Origin: Octopus sinensis
Taxonomy: Eukaryota
DNA length: 64,000 nt
Direction of reading: 5' to 3'
Assembly: GCF_006345805.1 (NCBI RefSeq)
Contig: NC_043016.1
Coordinates: 25,296,001-25,360,000 of the forward strand
The translations under genes and the position numbers were made by a program. The notes under the pieces were generated by a model that searched no databases, had not been told where the DNA came from, and saw only the letters and a program-made list of their open reading frames with translations. The first letter of the stretch is position 1. Every line of letters begins with the position of its first letter. Of the stretch, positions 1 through 11,879 are shown in pieces.

Positions 1-620
1 TGATAATGATTTATTCTATAGTAGAAGTCATTTGCCCAACGTACTACATGCACACACACACACATGCTCATGCACACACAAATATTTGGCACACTCTTTT
101 TAAGACATCCTGTTTAGTAGTATCTCCTAAAGGATGTATTAAAATCTTGCTCCAACTTGTGCCTGACAAGACCTTTCCTTTAACTTTGCATCATTAAGAT
201 TGTTACAAAGTGTTGAGTCTCTATAAAATTAAGATCCATGTTTAATGCACTGTTCATTTTAATACCTGGACACCTCTTTCATCATTTAAATCTTTGTTTC
301 TAATCAGATAATTTGTCATATGCCTTTTCTTGGAATCTGGGTTTACCCAAGTTATTTTAGTTGGTGTTTTTATGTTCAAAGAACATGTTAAAAAGTCAAA
401 GTTAAGTATGTGCCCATTTGTTGGGAAAAAAAAAAAATTAAAATTTGACTTTGATAAGTTCTTCCTGTGATGATCTAAAATAATTCAGACTTTTCATCAA
501 CTCATTTATTGAACTCCCCAAGAATTAAAGCTTTATCTCCAACTAGAATTTTATGAATAATACTTTTTAGTTACATTTAAAACATGTTCCTCCATCAGAA
601 ATATTCATTTTTGCTGCATA

Positions 621-1031
621 GGCATAGGAGTGGCTGTGTGGTAAGTAGCTTGCTTACCAATCACATGGTTCTGGGTTCAGTCCCACTGTGTGGCACCTTG
701 GGTAAGTGTCTTCTACTATAGCCTCGGGCCGACCAAAGCCTTGTGAGTGGATTTGGTAGACGGAAACTGAAAGAAGCCCGTCGTATATGTGTATATATGT
801 ATATATATGTATGTGCGTGTTTGTGTGTCTGTGTTTGTCCCCCCAACATCGCTTGACAACCGATGCTGGTGTGTTTACGTCCCCGTAACTTAGCGGTTCG
901 GCAAAAAAGAGACCGATAAAATAAGTACTAGGCTTAGAAAGAATAAGTCCTGGGGTCGATTTGATCGACTAAAAGGCGGTGCCCCAGCATGGCCACAGTC
1001 ACATGACTGAAACAAGTAAAAGAGTAAAGAG
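621..1031 (+). mobile_element. tRNA-derived CORE-type SINE (family A), full length with internal (TA/TG)n microsatellite
   Basis: A-box-like TGGCTGTGTGGT, B-box-like GGTTCAGTCCC, CORE-like CCTTGGGYAAGTG, tail TGAAACAAGTAAAAGAGTAAAGAG. The same sequence recurs at 8428, 19971, 33595, 44983, 53693 and 61282. Confidence 0.85.
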
Positions 1032-1529
1032 TTACTGTATGTCACTGAACAGCTACAAGATGGAGACATTGACACAAGGCTACCAGATGGCAGTTCAGTG
1101 AGATATGGTTTTAAAGTTGTCCTAATTGCAAAACTCATTTCTCAGATAAAGCAACAAGGTCCCAACTTGTTTTTCAGTAGATACGATACCTCTCTATCAC
1201 AAAGTTTTTACATTCCAACTGTCAACTGAAAATCTTGTAGGTCTTTTCTGGCAGTTGATTGATGATGGCCTAAGCTAAGCTGTTTTTCCTTAGACCCTTT
1301 ACTGCATCAAACATGCAAGCTCTTTTTTACCATTTACATTACTTACGCAATTCATAATTTCAATTACTTTTTTTTCTAATGTTTTTAGGCTACTTTCAGT
1401 AATTTATTGGCTCAAAAGACTGCATTACTCAAAGAATACATTTATATATATATATAATAGTGTAATAAATAAAATATATGCATACATACAAACATATATA
1501 TACATGCATATATAAATATATATACGTGT

Positions 1530-2020
1530 GTACAGGACACCACAAATAGATGTAGAACTCAACGAGAAACGAAAACGTAAAAACAGCATGGAACGGACCA
1601 TTTCTTTAACAACGAAAAAACAGAGTACAAGACAACTACACAAGGAAAAATCCCCTTCATCAGCCGTCCCTAGTTCAACTCCAGCGTGTTTCGAAGGTGA
1701 GGACAGAACACGTCTCGTCGAACTAGTCCTTCCTGCAAAAGAATTAAATAAAATTCCTTTGCAGAGGGGTAAAAACAAGGAAAAAAAATGTGACAAAAAC
1801 AGGACGTAAAAACAATACAATTAAAAACAAATACAAAATAAAAATACAATTACAAGAAATACAGTACAAAAAGGAATAGAAACAGGACAGGAAAACAAAT
1901 AAAGAGGGCCTATAAGCCTAGACGAGGAAAAAAATTTTTTTCAGGAGCGCAGGAAGAAACATGTTTACTTGAATAAGGCCGCCAGCGAAAGGAAGTTTGT
2001 AGACCCGGCTGTGAGATATA
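1530..2020 (-). repeat. CpG-retaining unclassified repeat, possibly a LINE 3' UTR
   Basis: Abrupt rise in GC and CpG content, bounded by (TA)n runs, with A-rich stretches; no protein motif recognised. Confidence 0.35.
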
Positions 2021-2098
2021 TATATATACCAGAGTAAACACAAATGTGAAACAAGGTGGAAAAAAGAGTACTCAAATACCAGAGGTAGAGTAATATGT

Positions 2099-2326
2099 TT
2101 TATTTAAAAGCAGCAGAAATTTAACAAAAATTGTTACTTGGAGTTTCATGTTCCCGTTTGTTGGACAGTTTTGTTAAAATAGAACCGAGATGACAATTCT
2201 AGTAACATTTATACTAGTCTTGATAGGATTGTCATCTCGGTTCTATTTTAACAAAACTGTCCGACGAATGGGAACGTGAAACTCCGAGTAACAGCTTTTG
2301 TTAAATTTCTGCTGCTTTTAAATAAA
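2099..2326. repeat. Inverted repeat (about 103-bp arms, about 22-bp spacer), probable Penelope-like element remnant
   Basis: Left arm TTTATTTAAAAGCAGCAGAAATTTAACAAAA...GACAATTCTA is the reverse complement of the right arm, apart from mostly CpG-type mismatches. Confidence 0.9.
2250..2302 (+). ncRNA. Minimal type I hammerhead-like motif with U4C core variant
   Basis: Stem I AACAAAACTGT / ACAGCTTTTGTT; core CCGACGA (2261-2267); 3-bp stem II ATG-GGAA-CGT; GAAAC; near-palindromic stem III ACTCCGAGT; GTA triplet 2288-2290. One canonical core position (U4) differs. Confidence 0.55.
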
Positions 2327-2360
<34 letters not shown>

Positions 2361-3199
2361 ATGTACAATATATGCAAGGTTATTCAAACATATTAGTATG
2401 TACAAGGATATTTAATATATATAAGAATATATTATCCCAAAATTATCAGGTAATTTTATGATAGTTCAATTAAATAGAATGATTGTGTTAAAAAGCAATA
2501 CTTGTGCATGGATAAGATCTAAGATATCTATAAACAAAAAAAAAATTATGTTTTTTGCACAAAACCAAAGTGTCTTATACCACAATTGAAGCACAAATGT
2601 TTTCAAATGAAAGATTGTTTTGGGTTCATTCACCAAGTTTTTATTTGTAGTGATCTTCTTGTCAAGCTGCCTTCATTATGGCTAAAAGTGCTTGAGTCTG
2701 CTTGTCTCTCCCAGTGTCTTTGCATTCGTTCATTGTAAGTTTTCCTATGTCTCTACACAAATCTGGATTTACCAAATTTCAGAAGTATTGTAGATCATAA
2801 AGCTCAAAAATAAAGTTTAGTTTGTCAAAAATAAGTATATACAAAGCTTATTATCTTTGCAACTCTACTGCAACACTGTCAAAATGTAAATTTACTGGAC
2901 CAAGTCTAAAACTGTTAAGTTACACATTCAGAAAGAAGTCTGACGTGCGAAAAATAAGAATAGATTTAATGCGGTTATGATTTCAGAAAGCCTATAACAA
3001 AATGAGATACTAAATAGCTTTACTTTTTTATAAATCAGATTTACGGTTTTTGTTTAATTTTCTGTATTCTAATTTTGGCTAAGGACATCAAAACACTAAT
3101 AAAAGATTCAAGTTAGATTCTTCAACAGTAGCAAGTGTATTTTAATGACCTGCTTAATCACTCATCACACTGGTTAGTTTATTTGCAGAACTCATTTCC

Positions 3200-3860
3200 A
3201 CCAAATTCTAATAAAACAAATGATGATCCCCCTACTTTCAATGAAGTAACAAATAGAAACTAAAAAATAGAGAAGCTCCTGGCATTGATGAAATTCTAGC
3301 AGACATGCTCAGCTTAGGTGGAAATAAGTTGTATCTCTTACACTACCTTATATATGATCTGTGGGAAAATGGTTGAATATTTTTTACAAAAGAAAAGCTA
3401 GTTAAGATAAATGTGGTAATTCCTATGGAATTGATATTGGAGAAATATTGAGTAGTACTATTCTTGATAGGCTTAATCAACACATTGGGACCTTGTTTCT
3501 TCTTGAGTTCCATTTTTCTGCACTCAAGTCCCATTCTTTTGTGGAGCTCATAACATATTTTTAGCTTGTCAAATACCAGAAAATTACATTGGACAGAAGT
3601 GGCTTGACTTCTGTCAAAAGCCTTATTAATCTCACAAAGGCCTTTGATATAGTGAATGATGATGTGTTATGGGTGATTTGCAAAACAGCTGGCTGTTCTG
3701 TTAAATTCACAAATATATCATGGCCTTTCCTGATAATATTTTATGTGATAATAATATGAGAACGTGTGTTATAATTTGGAGAATGCTCAGATTTGTTTTC
3801 AGTCAGTTGTGGTGTAGAACAGGGCGACATGCTTACTTTGTCTTAAACTTCACAGTATGG
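3200..3860 (+). mobile_element. Ancient RTE-BovB-like LINE RT remnant, 5' part
   Basis: Degenerate PPTFNEV..., LINLTKAFDIVN..VLW.I....GC..KF and FSVSCGVEQGD. Confidence 0.6.
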
Positions 3861-4169
3861 CACCAATAACAATTTTTTTATACTTTACAATAGTTTCTTT
3901 CTAAATGTTTTCAAATTTTGTTCTGAGAGTATATATATATATATAATATATATATATATATATAAATTTAATTAGAGGATATGTTAATCTCGTGAAGGGA
4001 TGGTTTCATCCAAGGAAATACTGGTTTAATACCTAGTATTGTTGGGGAATGAAATTCCCTTAAAACAATGGGTATATATATTAAGCATATAGTTTATATC
4101 CATTTAAAAGAAGGAAAAAAGAAAACTGAGATAAGGAAGTTAATTGTTGTTTATTATTAACAAATTGGT

Positions 4170-4285
4170 CATCTTCACTTCTTACAGCCGTTTCAATTAA
4201 TACTCAATAATTTAATTACAAATTTGCACATTAAATTTACATTTGTGTGACAATGAGTATAATTTCATCAGAGAGAAAAAAGATG
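4170..4285 (-). ncRNA. Mirror-image type I hammerhead ribozyme motif in the left arm of the same palindrome
   Basis: Reverse complement reads CATCTTTTTTCTCT CTGATGA AATTATACTC ... GAGTATTAATT GAAAC GGCT GTA AGAAGTGAAGATG, with an intact core. Confidence 0.72.
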
Positions 4286-4366
4286 TACTTTGGATTGTAG
4301 ACCTATCGATTCATTTCAGCAGACTGCTGAAATGAATTGATAGGTCCACATTTAACATCCAAAGTA

Positions 4367-4480
4367 CATCTTTTTTTCTCTGATGAAATTATACTCATGT
4401 CACATATATGTAAATTTAATGTACAAATTTGTAATTTAATTATTGAGTATTAATTGAAACGGCTGTAAGAAGTGAAGATG
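4367..4480 (+). ncRNA. Type I hammerhead ribozyme motif (Penelope-like element type)
   Basis: Stem I CATCTTTTTTTCT (4367-4379) / AGAAGTGAAGATG (4468-4480); core CTGATGA 4380-4386; stem II AATTATACTC / GAGTATTAATT around a 48-nt loop; GAAAC 4456-4460; short self-complementary stem III ACGGCTGT; GTA cleavage triplet 4465-4467. Folded by eye. Confidence 0.75.
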
Positions 4481-4707
4481 ACCAATTTGTTAATAATAAA
4501 CAACTATTAACTTCCTTATCTCAGTTTTCTCTTTTCCTTCCTTTAAATATATATATTTTGCGGTTCGGCAAAAGAGACCGATAGAATAAGTACTGGGCTT
4601 ACAAAGAATAAGTCCCGGGGTCGATTTGCTCGACTAAAGGCGGTGCTCCAGCATGGCCGCAGTCAAATGACTGAAACAAGTAAAAGAGTAAAGAGTATAT
4701 ATATATA

Positions 4708-5549
4708 CAAGGTGGTATCAAAAAGTTCCCAAACTAGTTCTGTAGAGCAGCAACAGATGGCAGCACATGTTTGTGTGTGTGTGCAGTGAGAGCTAGCAGT
4801 GACATTCATGAGACAGTGTGCTGAGTGACAGCACAGTGTTTACTTTGCAAGTTCTTAAATTTATGTTTTTGTAGTCTGCAACTTTTGTCATCCACAGGAA
4901 GTTGGAACAAAGAGCCAACGTGAAATTTTGCATTAAACTTGAGAAGTGTACTACATAGACATTGAGCATACTTTGACAAGCTTATGGTAATGAGGCAATG
5001 GGTTGTATGTAATGTTTTGAGTGGCATGGGCACATGACAGTGCCACAGCTCAATCAAGAGCATGCTTATTGTTTTTCAACATCTGCTGTATTGTGCATTG
5101 AGAATTCATCCCCTTGAACCAGACTGTCAATCGAGAGTTCTACTGTGACATTTTGAAGCATTTGAGGGAAGACATTCAATGAAAGCGACCAGATGTTTGG
5201 AGCATGAAGAATTGGATTCTTCACAATTGTCACCAAGCTCTCTCCACTTGTGAGTTTCTCACCAAAAACAACATGGTATTGTTTCCACACCTGCCCTATT
5301 CACCAGATTTAGCAACTGAGGACTTTCAACTCTTCCCCAGGATGAAAGTGCAGTTCAAAGGTTGGCATTTTAATACCGTTGTCCAGATCAAAAGTGAATT
5401 GCAGAAGGTCCTCGACTTGCTTATGGATTCCAAAAGTGGCAGGAACACTGCCGTACAAGGCAACTATTTCGAAGGAGATGATGTCAAAACTTAAGTTAAA
5501 TAAGTTATATTAAACATACCTAATCCAGGAACTTTACAATACCACCTCA
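4708..5549 (+). mobile_element. Mariner transposon, internally deleted, with both TIRs and TA target duplication
   Basis: TA|CAAGGTGGTATCAAAAAGTTCC ... GGAACTTTACAATACCACCTCA|TA. Transposase remnants QRANVKFCIKL, WILHN and PHLPYSPDLATEDFQLFP. Confidence 0.9.
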
Positions 5550-5719
5550 TACATATATGCTACCATATGCTGGCATATTCAGTCGCAAATAATTTAATTC
5601 TTTATCAGGCACTTTTGTATCTTCGATAAGAAAGTTCTTGATTGTGATACTGCTGAATACAATGAAAAAGGTCTCAAACTCTTATGGATAAAATTTCGTT
5701 GGCATGGAACATTAAGCCT

Positions 5720-6480
5720 CTCAGTAAATCTTGCATTCTGTATCAATAATTTCCTGGATCTTAAAATTATGGCATGAAGTATATGTAGGAAAACATTGGA
5801 AAACATACCTTCCTTTAAATATCTTGGCAGAATGTTTGGAAAAGGCTGTAAATCTTGATGGGGAAATTAGAAGTAGAATTCAGCTTTGTAAAAGTACAAT
5901 CTTTACTGTGGTCTCAATAATATGGAGAGGATAACACTAAAATATCTATTTCAAAACCTGCATTTTGTGTTTTGTTGTATGACTGCAAAACATGGATATT
6001 ACATTCAAAACAAACTATAGTTTGAATGTTTTCAGCATAAGTTTTCTTTGTAGAAGAATTTTGCCTTTAACTTGAAACTATATCTATGATGTGGAGGTCT
6101 TGCAGTTGGTATATGTTGTAAGCTTAGAAACTCTCTTGCAGCAAAACAGACTAAGATGGTCAAGCCTTATAGTTCATATGGAAATATACCAAATGGAGTG
6201 CTGTGTTCTGAAAAAAAGACTCCTTTACAAACAATACTTCAGATATTAAGATTGCCTTAAATCTCATCTGAAAAAAATAGATAATATTCGTGTGGAAACT
6301 TGGGACAAAATACAGTTGAGTGGGCAACATAAAGAAGAACTTGTATTTGTATCCAAGTATTTAGAAGAGAATCATATTAAGCACATAAGACTGCAATGGG
6401 ATGTTAAGAAAATGCTTTTTTTAAAAAATCTCACAAGGTTCCATAAAACAATGCAAGCTGATAACAGAGCATAACCGCCT
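5720..6480 (+). mobile_element. Ancient RTE-BovB-like LINE remnant, 3' part
   Basis: LDGEIRSRIQ, LLQQNRLRWS and DCLKSHLKKID..VETWDKI match the BovB-type RT C-terminus. Confidence 0.55.
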
Positions 6481-6591
6481 GTATAAGTTGTAGTTAATGT
6501 GGTAGTGGTTGAACTGTTGGTGTTGGTGGTTCTAGTATTGGTAGTCTGGTGGTGGTATTAGCCATAGTGCTTGCTATGAGTGTTAGTTGAG

Positions 6592-6627
<36 letters not shown>

Positions 6628-7399
6628 GAATAAAAGGATCTTTGGATGCTGGGTGTCACTGAGGAAATGACAAGGGACCAGGAAATGTGGTAATTTGCTG
6701 TACTTCATAAGATGTGTCAATCTAAGTAAAATTGCTGTCTTCCACACATACAGGCTTGTCCTTTCAGGTGCCAGTGTAAATGCAACCATTCCAGTGGCAT
6801 GTAAAAAGCACCCAGCACATTCTGCTAAAGTGGTTGGTGTTAGGACGGGTATCTAGCTGTAGAAACCAAGCCACAACAGACAGTTGGAGTCTGGACAGTT
6901 CCCTGCTAACCAGCTTCATGTCAAATTGTCCAACCAATACTAGCATGGAGAGCAGATGTTAAACAATGATGATTTATTTTTTAAGTTTATCTCTATAGGT
7001 GTTCTGTAGAATTCATAGCCAGCACTGTAATATGAAATGAAATGTTGTAACCTAGAGTGCTGGTTTTGAATTCTATAGAAAATCGGTAGAGATAAACATA
7101 GAAGTGAGAATATCATACTGCTAATACAAAAAATAAGACAATATTGACTTGTAAACCTTTAATACACATATTAGTTATTTATGGCTGCAAAGCAAAATAC
7201 TGTGCTCTTGCTAGTAATTGATATATATATATATATACATATACATATTCACACAGACACACATCTCCTTTAAGGAAATGCTTTGAATATGCATATAAAA
7301 GCTCCTATTATGTCAGCTACAACTTAATGAATGCCAACTGGCAATGCTAGTTTGTTGGAATTGCAGTGAGCTGTGCCTATATAATGTAGGATAAATACC

Positions 7400-7431
<32 letters not shown>

Positions 7432-8427
7432 TGTTGGATGGAATTTATGATGTATATATACTATCAGCACTAGATAGGTTACCAAGACTAAAGTGTTCCC
7501 TTTAGTTTTTAATCGGTCATTGCTTTCCAAGTTAGGGCTCATTCTTCTCTATAATGCTGGTACAAGTACTGACATTGTGGTAATGGAAAGGAGTGAAAAG
7601 TTTGCAGGGGTCTGCACGGGGTGTACAAATTTTGAGAAGTGTAAGGAGAATTAGTGGTAAACTAGCTAGTTGGGGTTGTATTTGACTAATGGCAGCTGGT
7701 TTTTACTTGTCAAGTTTCAGGCGTGGGCGTGAGTCATTCTTTTTTTGTCAAGATAGGAGTGGAGATGCAAAGGTGGTCAGCATTCATCTAGACCAGTGGT
7801 TCTCAACTGGGGCCCATATAACATTTAGTTGTTAAAATTTGTCTGTAATAAACTGATTATATTTCTATAATACATAATATAATTTGACAATTTTTTATAC
7901 AATTCCTAAAAAATATTTAGTTATAAAAATATAAGATTTTTTTAAAGCATCAAATAGCTATGAGGGTCCACCTGAGTAAAATAGGGATCAAAGGGGTTCA
8001 TAGGCAAAAAATGTTGATCTAGGTAATCATTATTAGACTTGGACCGACAAGGATGTTTTGGTGTCCCAAGCATATGAAATATGTTCATATCAATCCTTAT
8101 GTATCCTGCAGTCAGTCATGGGGATTATTTCAAATGAAGCTCTAGGGGTGCTCTGTGTTTACATGGGTATAGATTATATCTGTTGGGTTTCCTTTCTTTG
8201 CATCTTATTTCACTTTGGTGTGTTAATGTGATACTCTTCAAAATGCTTGATTGTATTGTGTATATTTTGTTTCTGTTTCCACATAAATATTCCGGATTAA
8301 GTTAGTCTTTGTAACTTAACTTTGGCTTGTGAAGGAGTCTTTTCAAATGATATGGCTTCATGATACAATAAAGAAAATTAAGGATACTGAAAATTAATTA
8401 ATAAACTTAACTATTGAAATAATTATA

Positions 8428-8882
8428 GGTGGAGGAGTGACTGTGTGGTAAGAAGCTTGGTTCCCAACCACTGGGTTCTAGGTTCAGTCCCACTATGTGG
8501 CACCTTGGGCAAGTGTCTTCTACTATAACCTTGGGCCAACCATAGCCTTGTGAGTGGATTTGGTAGATGGAAACTGAAAGAAGCCTGTCGTGTGTGTATT
8601 TATACCGTCCAACCCATGCTAGCATGGAGAACGGACGTTAAACGACGATGATATATATATGTATATGTATGTATTTGTTATTTGTATCTGTGTTTGTTCC
8701 CCCACCATTGCTTGACAACCGATGTTAGTGTGTTTATGTCCCTGTAACTTAGCAGTTTGATAAAAAGAGACCAATAGGGTAAGTACTAGGCTTACAAAGA
8801 ATAAGTCCTGGGGTTGATTTGTTCGACTAAAGGTGGTGCTCCTGCATGGCCACAGTCAAATGATTGAAACAAGTAAAAGAAT
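8428..8882 (+). mobile_element. Family A SINE with an RTE-tail fragment inserted in its microsatellite
   Basis: Same head and tail as 621-1031; CCGTCCAACCCATGCTAGCATGGAGAACGGACGTTAAACGACGATGAT at about 8605-8652. Confidence 0.8.
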
Positions 8883-9795
8883 ATAAGTAGCTACAGAGAA
8901 AAACAGCTAATTTTTCTTCAAAAAAGATCAAGAATTTACTGAACACCATAATTCTAATCTTGGTAGTCTGAAGCTTGCTGTACCTTTATCAATAGCTCTA
9001 TGAACCTGTCAACTACTTATACATTTGGGCCATATTTTCTCCTATTATGATCCTTTGTCTTATACTTGTTTCAGTCATCTTTCAAAGAAAAGAACTGATA
9101 TTGCCTAGTAAATATGTAAGCTTCTAATCTAATCTAAGAAAGTCCATGTTGTAACTGGATGAAATTTACAAGGTAGAAAAGCTGTACTTTTTGGTAAATA
9201 GTTACATGTCACCATGATGCGTGAAGTGACCAAAATTATCACATCTCTTTTGTTATTCTTTTCATTGGGCAAGAAAGGGCTCAATATTATATACAAATTA
9301 AAATTTAAATTAAAATCTTGATGAGGCTTATATAAATCAAGTATTTAACAGGATACATGAACATGTAGTGCAACATGTTACTGAAAACAAAGTACTCAAT
9401 GCTATATGTAAGTGTACACTTGTTTAATTCTATTGGCCTTGTCAAATGGTCTGGAGAAACCAACTTCTGGTGTAGTTTTGATGTCATTTGTCAATAGAAT
9501 TATTAAAAATATATCTAATTCTACACTTGCAGTTTTTTTTTTTTCAGTTAGTGTTCCAATACATCCATATATACACACATGCACATAAAAGTGCAAGCAT
9601 GACCATGTGGTTAAGAAGTTTGCTCCTTAACCACTTAGTTTCAGGTCCATTCCCATTCTGTAGCATTTTCGGTAAGTATCTCTGTTATAGCTATAGGCCA
9701 AGCAAAATGTCAGTAGATTTGGTAGATAAACTGAAAGAAGTCTGTTGTGTGATTGCGTGTGTGTGTTGTTTTGACGTAATGCGATAGTTGTAAAT

Positions 9796-10101
9796 CAGTG
9801 TTTCTCAGCTGGGGTCCACACAACAAAATAGTAATTGAGGATCCACAATAGAATTTTGAAGGCCCTTGAAAACATTTTGTATGTATATATTGGTATGGAT
9901 TGCAAGAAACAGCTAGGTTTCTTTCTCTAATATTTTACATAGTTCAGCCTATAAAAGTTAATGTGTGGCAAACAAAATAGAAATTTTGAAAGAAGAATCT
10001 ATAAAACTAGTTTTTAAACATTGAATGACTAAAGGGGTCCACCAGATTTAAACAGTAATCAAAGAGGTCCACAGATAAGAAAAAATGGTTGAGAATTCCT
10101 G
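9796..10101 (+). mobile_element. hAT (Charlie-like) MITE with perfect 8-bp TSD TTGTAAAT
   Basis: TTGTAAAT|CAGTGTTTCTCAGC ... GTTGAGAATTCCTG|TTGTAAAT. A related copy at about 7794-8017 has lost its right TIR. Confidence 0.85.
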
Positions 10102-10689
10102 TTGTAAATAATGTCACCATTGTACAAATGATTTACATTTCCAGTCTTCTGTGAAAACATTGCCATAGGAGAATATTAGGCTGCTTGGAAATAGGTGAAG
10201 AGGTTGGTGATACGAAGGGCATACAACTGTAGACAATTTGCCTGTGCAAATTTTGTCTGATCCATTCAAGAGGAGAAAAGTAGATGTTAAAATGATGATA
10301 ATAGCTGTGCTATTTGTAAAACTTGTTGATGAATTGAAATGAAAAGTTAATCTCTTAGTGAATGTCATATAGTTTTTAGTTATTATGTGTTTAACTTTGG
10401 TTTTAATCATAGAATAGAGCAGAATTCTCAGCTTGGATTTCCACACTAGTTTGACTGGAAAACTTTTGTCAGAAAAGCCTGCTATTTTTTGTGCTAAATA
10501 TCTTGTTTGCTGACACTGGGGAATGGGATTGAGCTTGAATCACCATCAGCATTTGGTAATGAGGTATATTGTTTACTAATCTACAAAGGTCAGCTAAAAA
10601 ATTTATATGCTGACCAAGATATTCTCATGGAATATGACCAAATGAGGTTTATTTTTAAACATAGTTCCTCTCTTGCATTCCACATACTT

Positions 10690-11750
10690 CTTCCATTGGT
10701 GTTGCAGTGTTTGGATCCCTTTGGTGAAAAAGCTTTCATCCTGTTGAAACAGCAGATATGACATTATCATCACTGCTTCACAGCCAAGTGTTTTTCATGT
10801 TGGGGAACAGGTGATAGTCACATGGAGAATCAGGAGAATACGGATGGTGATCAACCAGCTCAAAGCCACAGTCATGCACAGCAGTCATTGGAACCAAAGA
10901 CTTGTGGGCTGGAGCATTGTTTTGAAGAAACAAGACCCCCTTTTTGTCAGTTTTCCTGAGCATTTGGTCTTGATAGCCTTTCATAACTGCCTTGGCAAGT
11001 TGGCTTAGTACACTCCATTGATGGTGTGGCCCTTTTGAAGATAGTTGATAAATACAATGTCTTTTGCACCCCAAAAAACTGAGGCCATTACCTTCCCTGC
11101 AAATGAAATGACCATGGCCTTCTTTGTAGCAGATGAGGAGAGGTGTTTTCACTGCATGGGTTGTCTCATTGTCTCTGACTCAAAGTGATGAACCCAACAT
11201 TCATCTTGGGTTTGGAAACGTTCAAGGAAACCTACTGGATTTACTTCAAACAATATCAGATTTTCTCCATGAGGCGATCAATTCGATGCATTTTTGATCA
11301 GGTGTCAGTAATGGTAGCCACCAAGCAGAAACCTTTGTCATGTCAAATTCATTATGTAGAATATTCAACTCTCTCACAAGATATGCTAATAGTATTGGCT
11401 AATTGATTTATAGTCAGTTGCCTGACATTCATCAGCATGTGGTGAACATGATCAGTGGTGGTAGTTGCAGGAAGTCCAAACCTTGGGTCATCATCAAGAC
11501 TCTCCCTTTCCCTCATAAATTTAGCTGCCCACTTTTGCATTGCTGATAAATCTGGATTGAAATCTACTGTAGCAGCCATATCAGCATAGTGTCCTTGGGG
11601 ACTAAACACTTTTTCTGCTGGTACTTATCACCAAAATGCCAAATTTTGTCTACTTTTTAGATAAGTTGTTACTAGTTACTTTTGAAGTCTTCTTTGAACA
11701 GACAGATGTCAGTTTACCCAGAAAAAAGCAATGCAGTTATTAATTAGAAG
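10690..11750 (-). mobile_element. Mariner transposase pseudogene
   Basis: ORF track: KGVLFLQNNAPAHKS...HHPYSPDSPCDYHLFPNMK and KWAAKF...SLDDDPRFGLP (HTH region). Confidence 0.82.
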
Positions 11751-11879
11751 AGCTGAAATTCATACAAGACTTCACAGCTTTAGCTTCACTCCTTCATGGT
11801 CAGCATATGAACTTTTCCATCCACCTTTATATATCACCTGACAAAATTGTATAAAGAAAGCTGATGTGAACTTGGGAGG

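Larger units (their letters stand above)
4102..4548. repeat. About 445-bp near-perfect palindrome centred on 4323, probable inverted Penelope-like terminal repeats
   Basis: TCATTTCAGCAG-A-CTGCTGAAATGA at the centre; arms pair outward to ATTTAAAAGAAGG / CCTTCCTTTAAAT with a few substitutions and short indels. Confidence 0.92.

Noticed and set aside
621-700. tRNA-like sequences (SINE heads here and at 44983, 48554, 56844 and elsewhere)
   Set aside because: They continue into SINE bodies and lack a complete cloverleaf; not tRNA genes.
1640-1735. Minus-strand GACGA...GAAAC...GTT flanked by CTAGTTC/GAACTAG, followed by CTGATGA: a possible third hammerhead
   Set aside because: The core is incomplete or mis-spaced, stem II pairs poorly, and no type I or type II fold keeps all conserved positions. 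At best a degenerate remnant.
1425-1820. 131-aa and 93-aa ORFs on opposite strands
   Set aside because: No recognisable domain and no splice context; they lie in a putative repeat.
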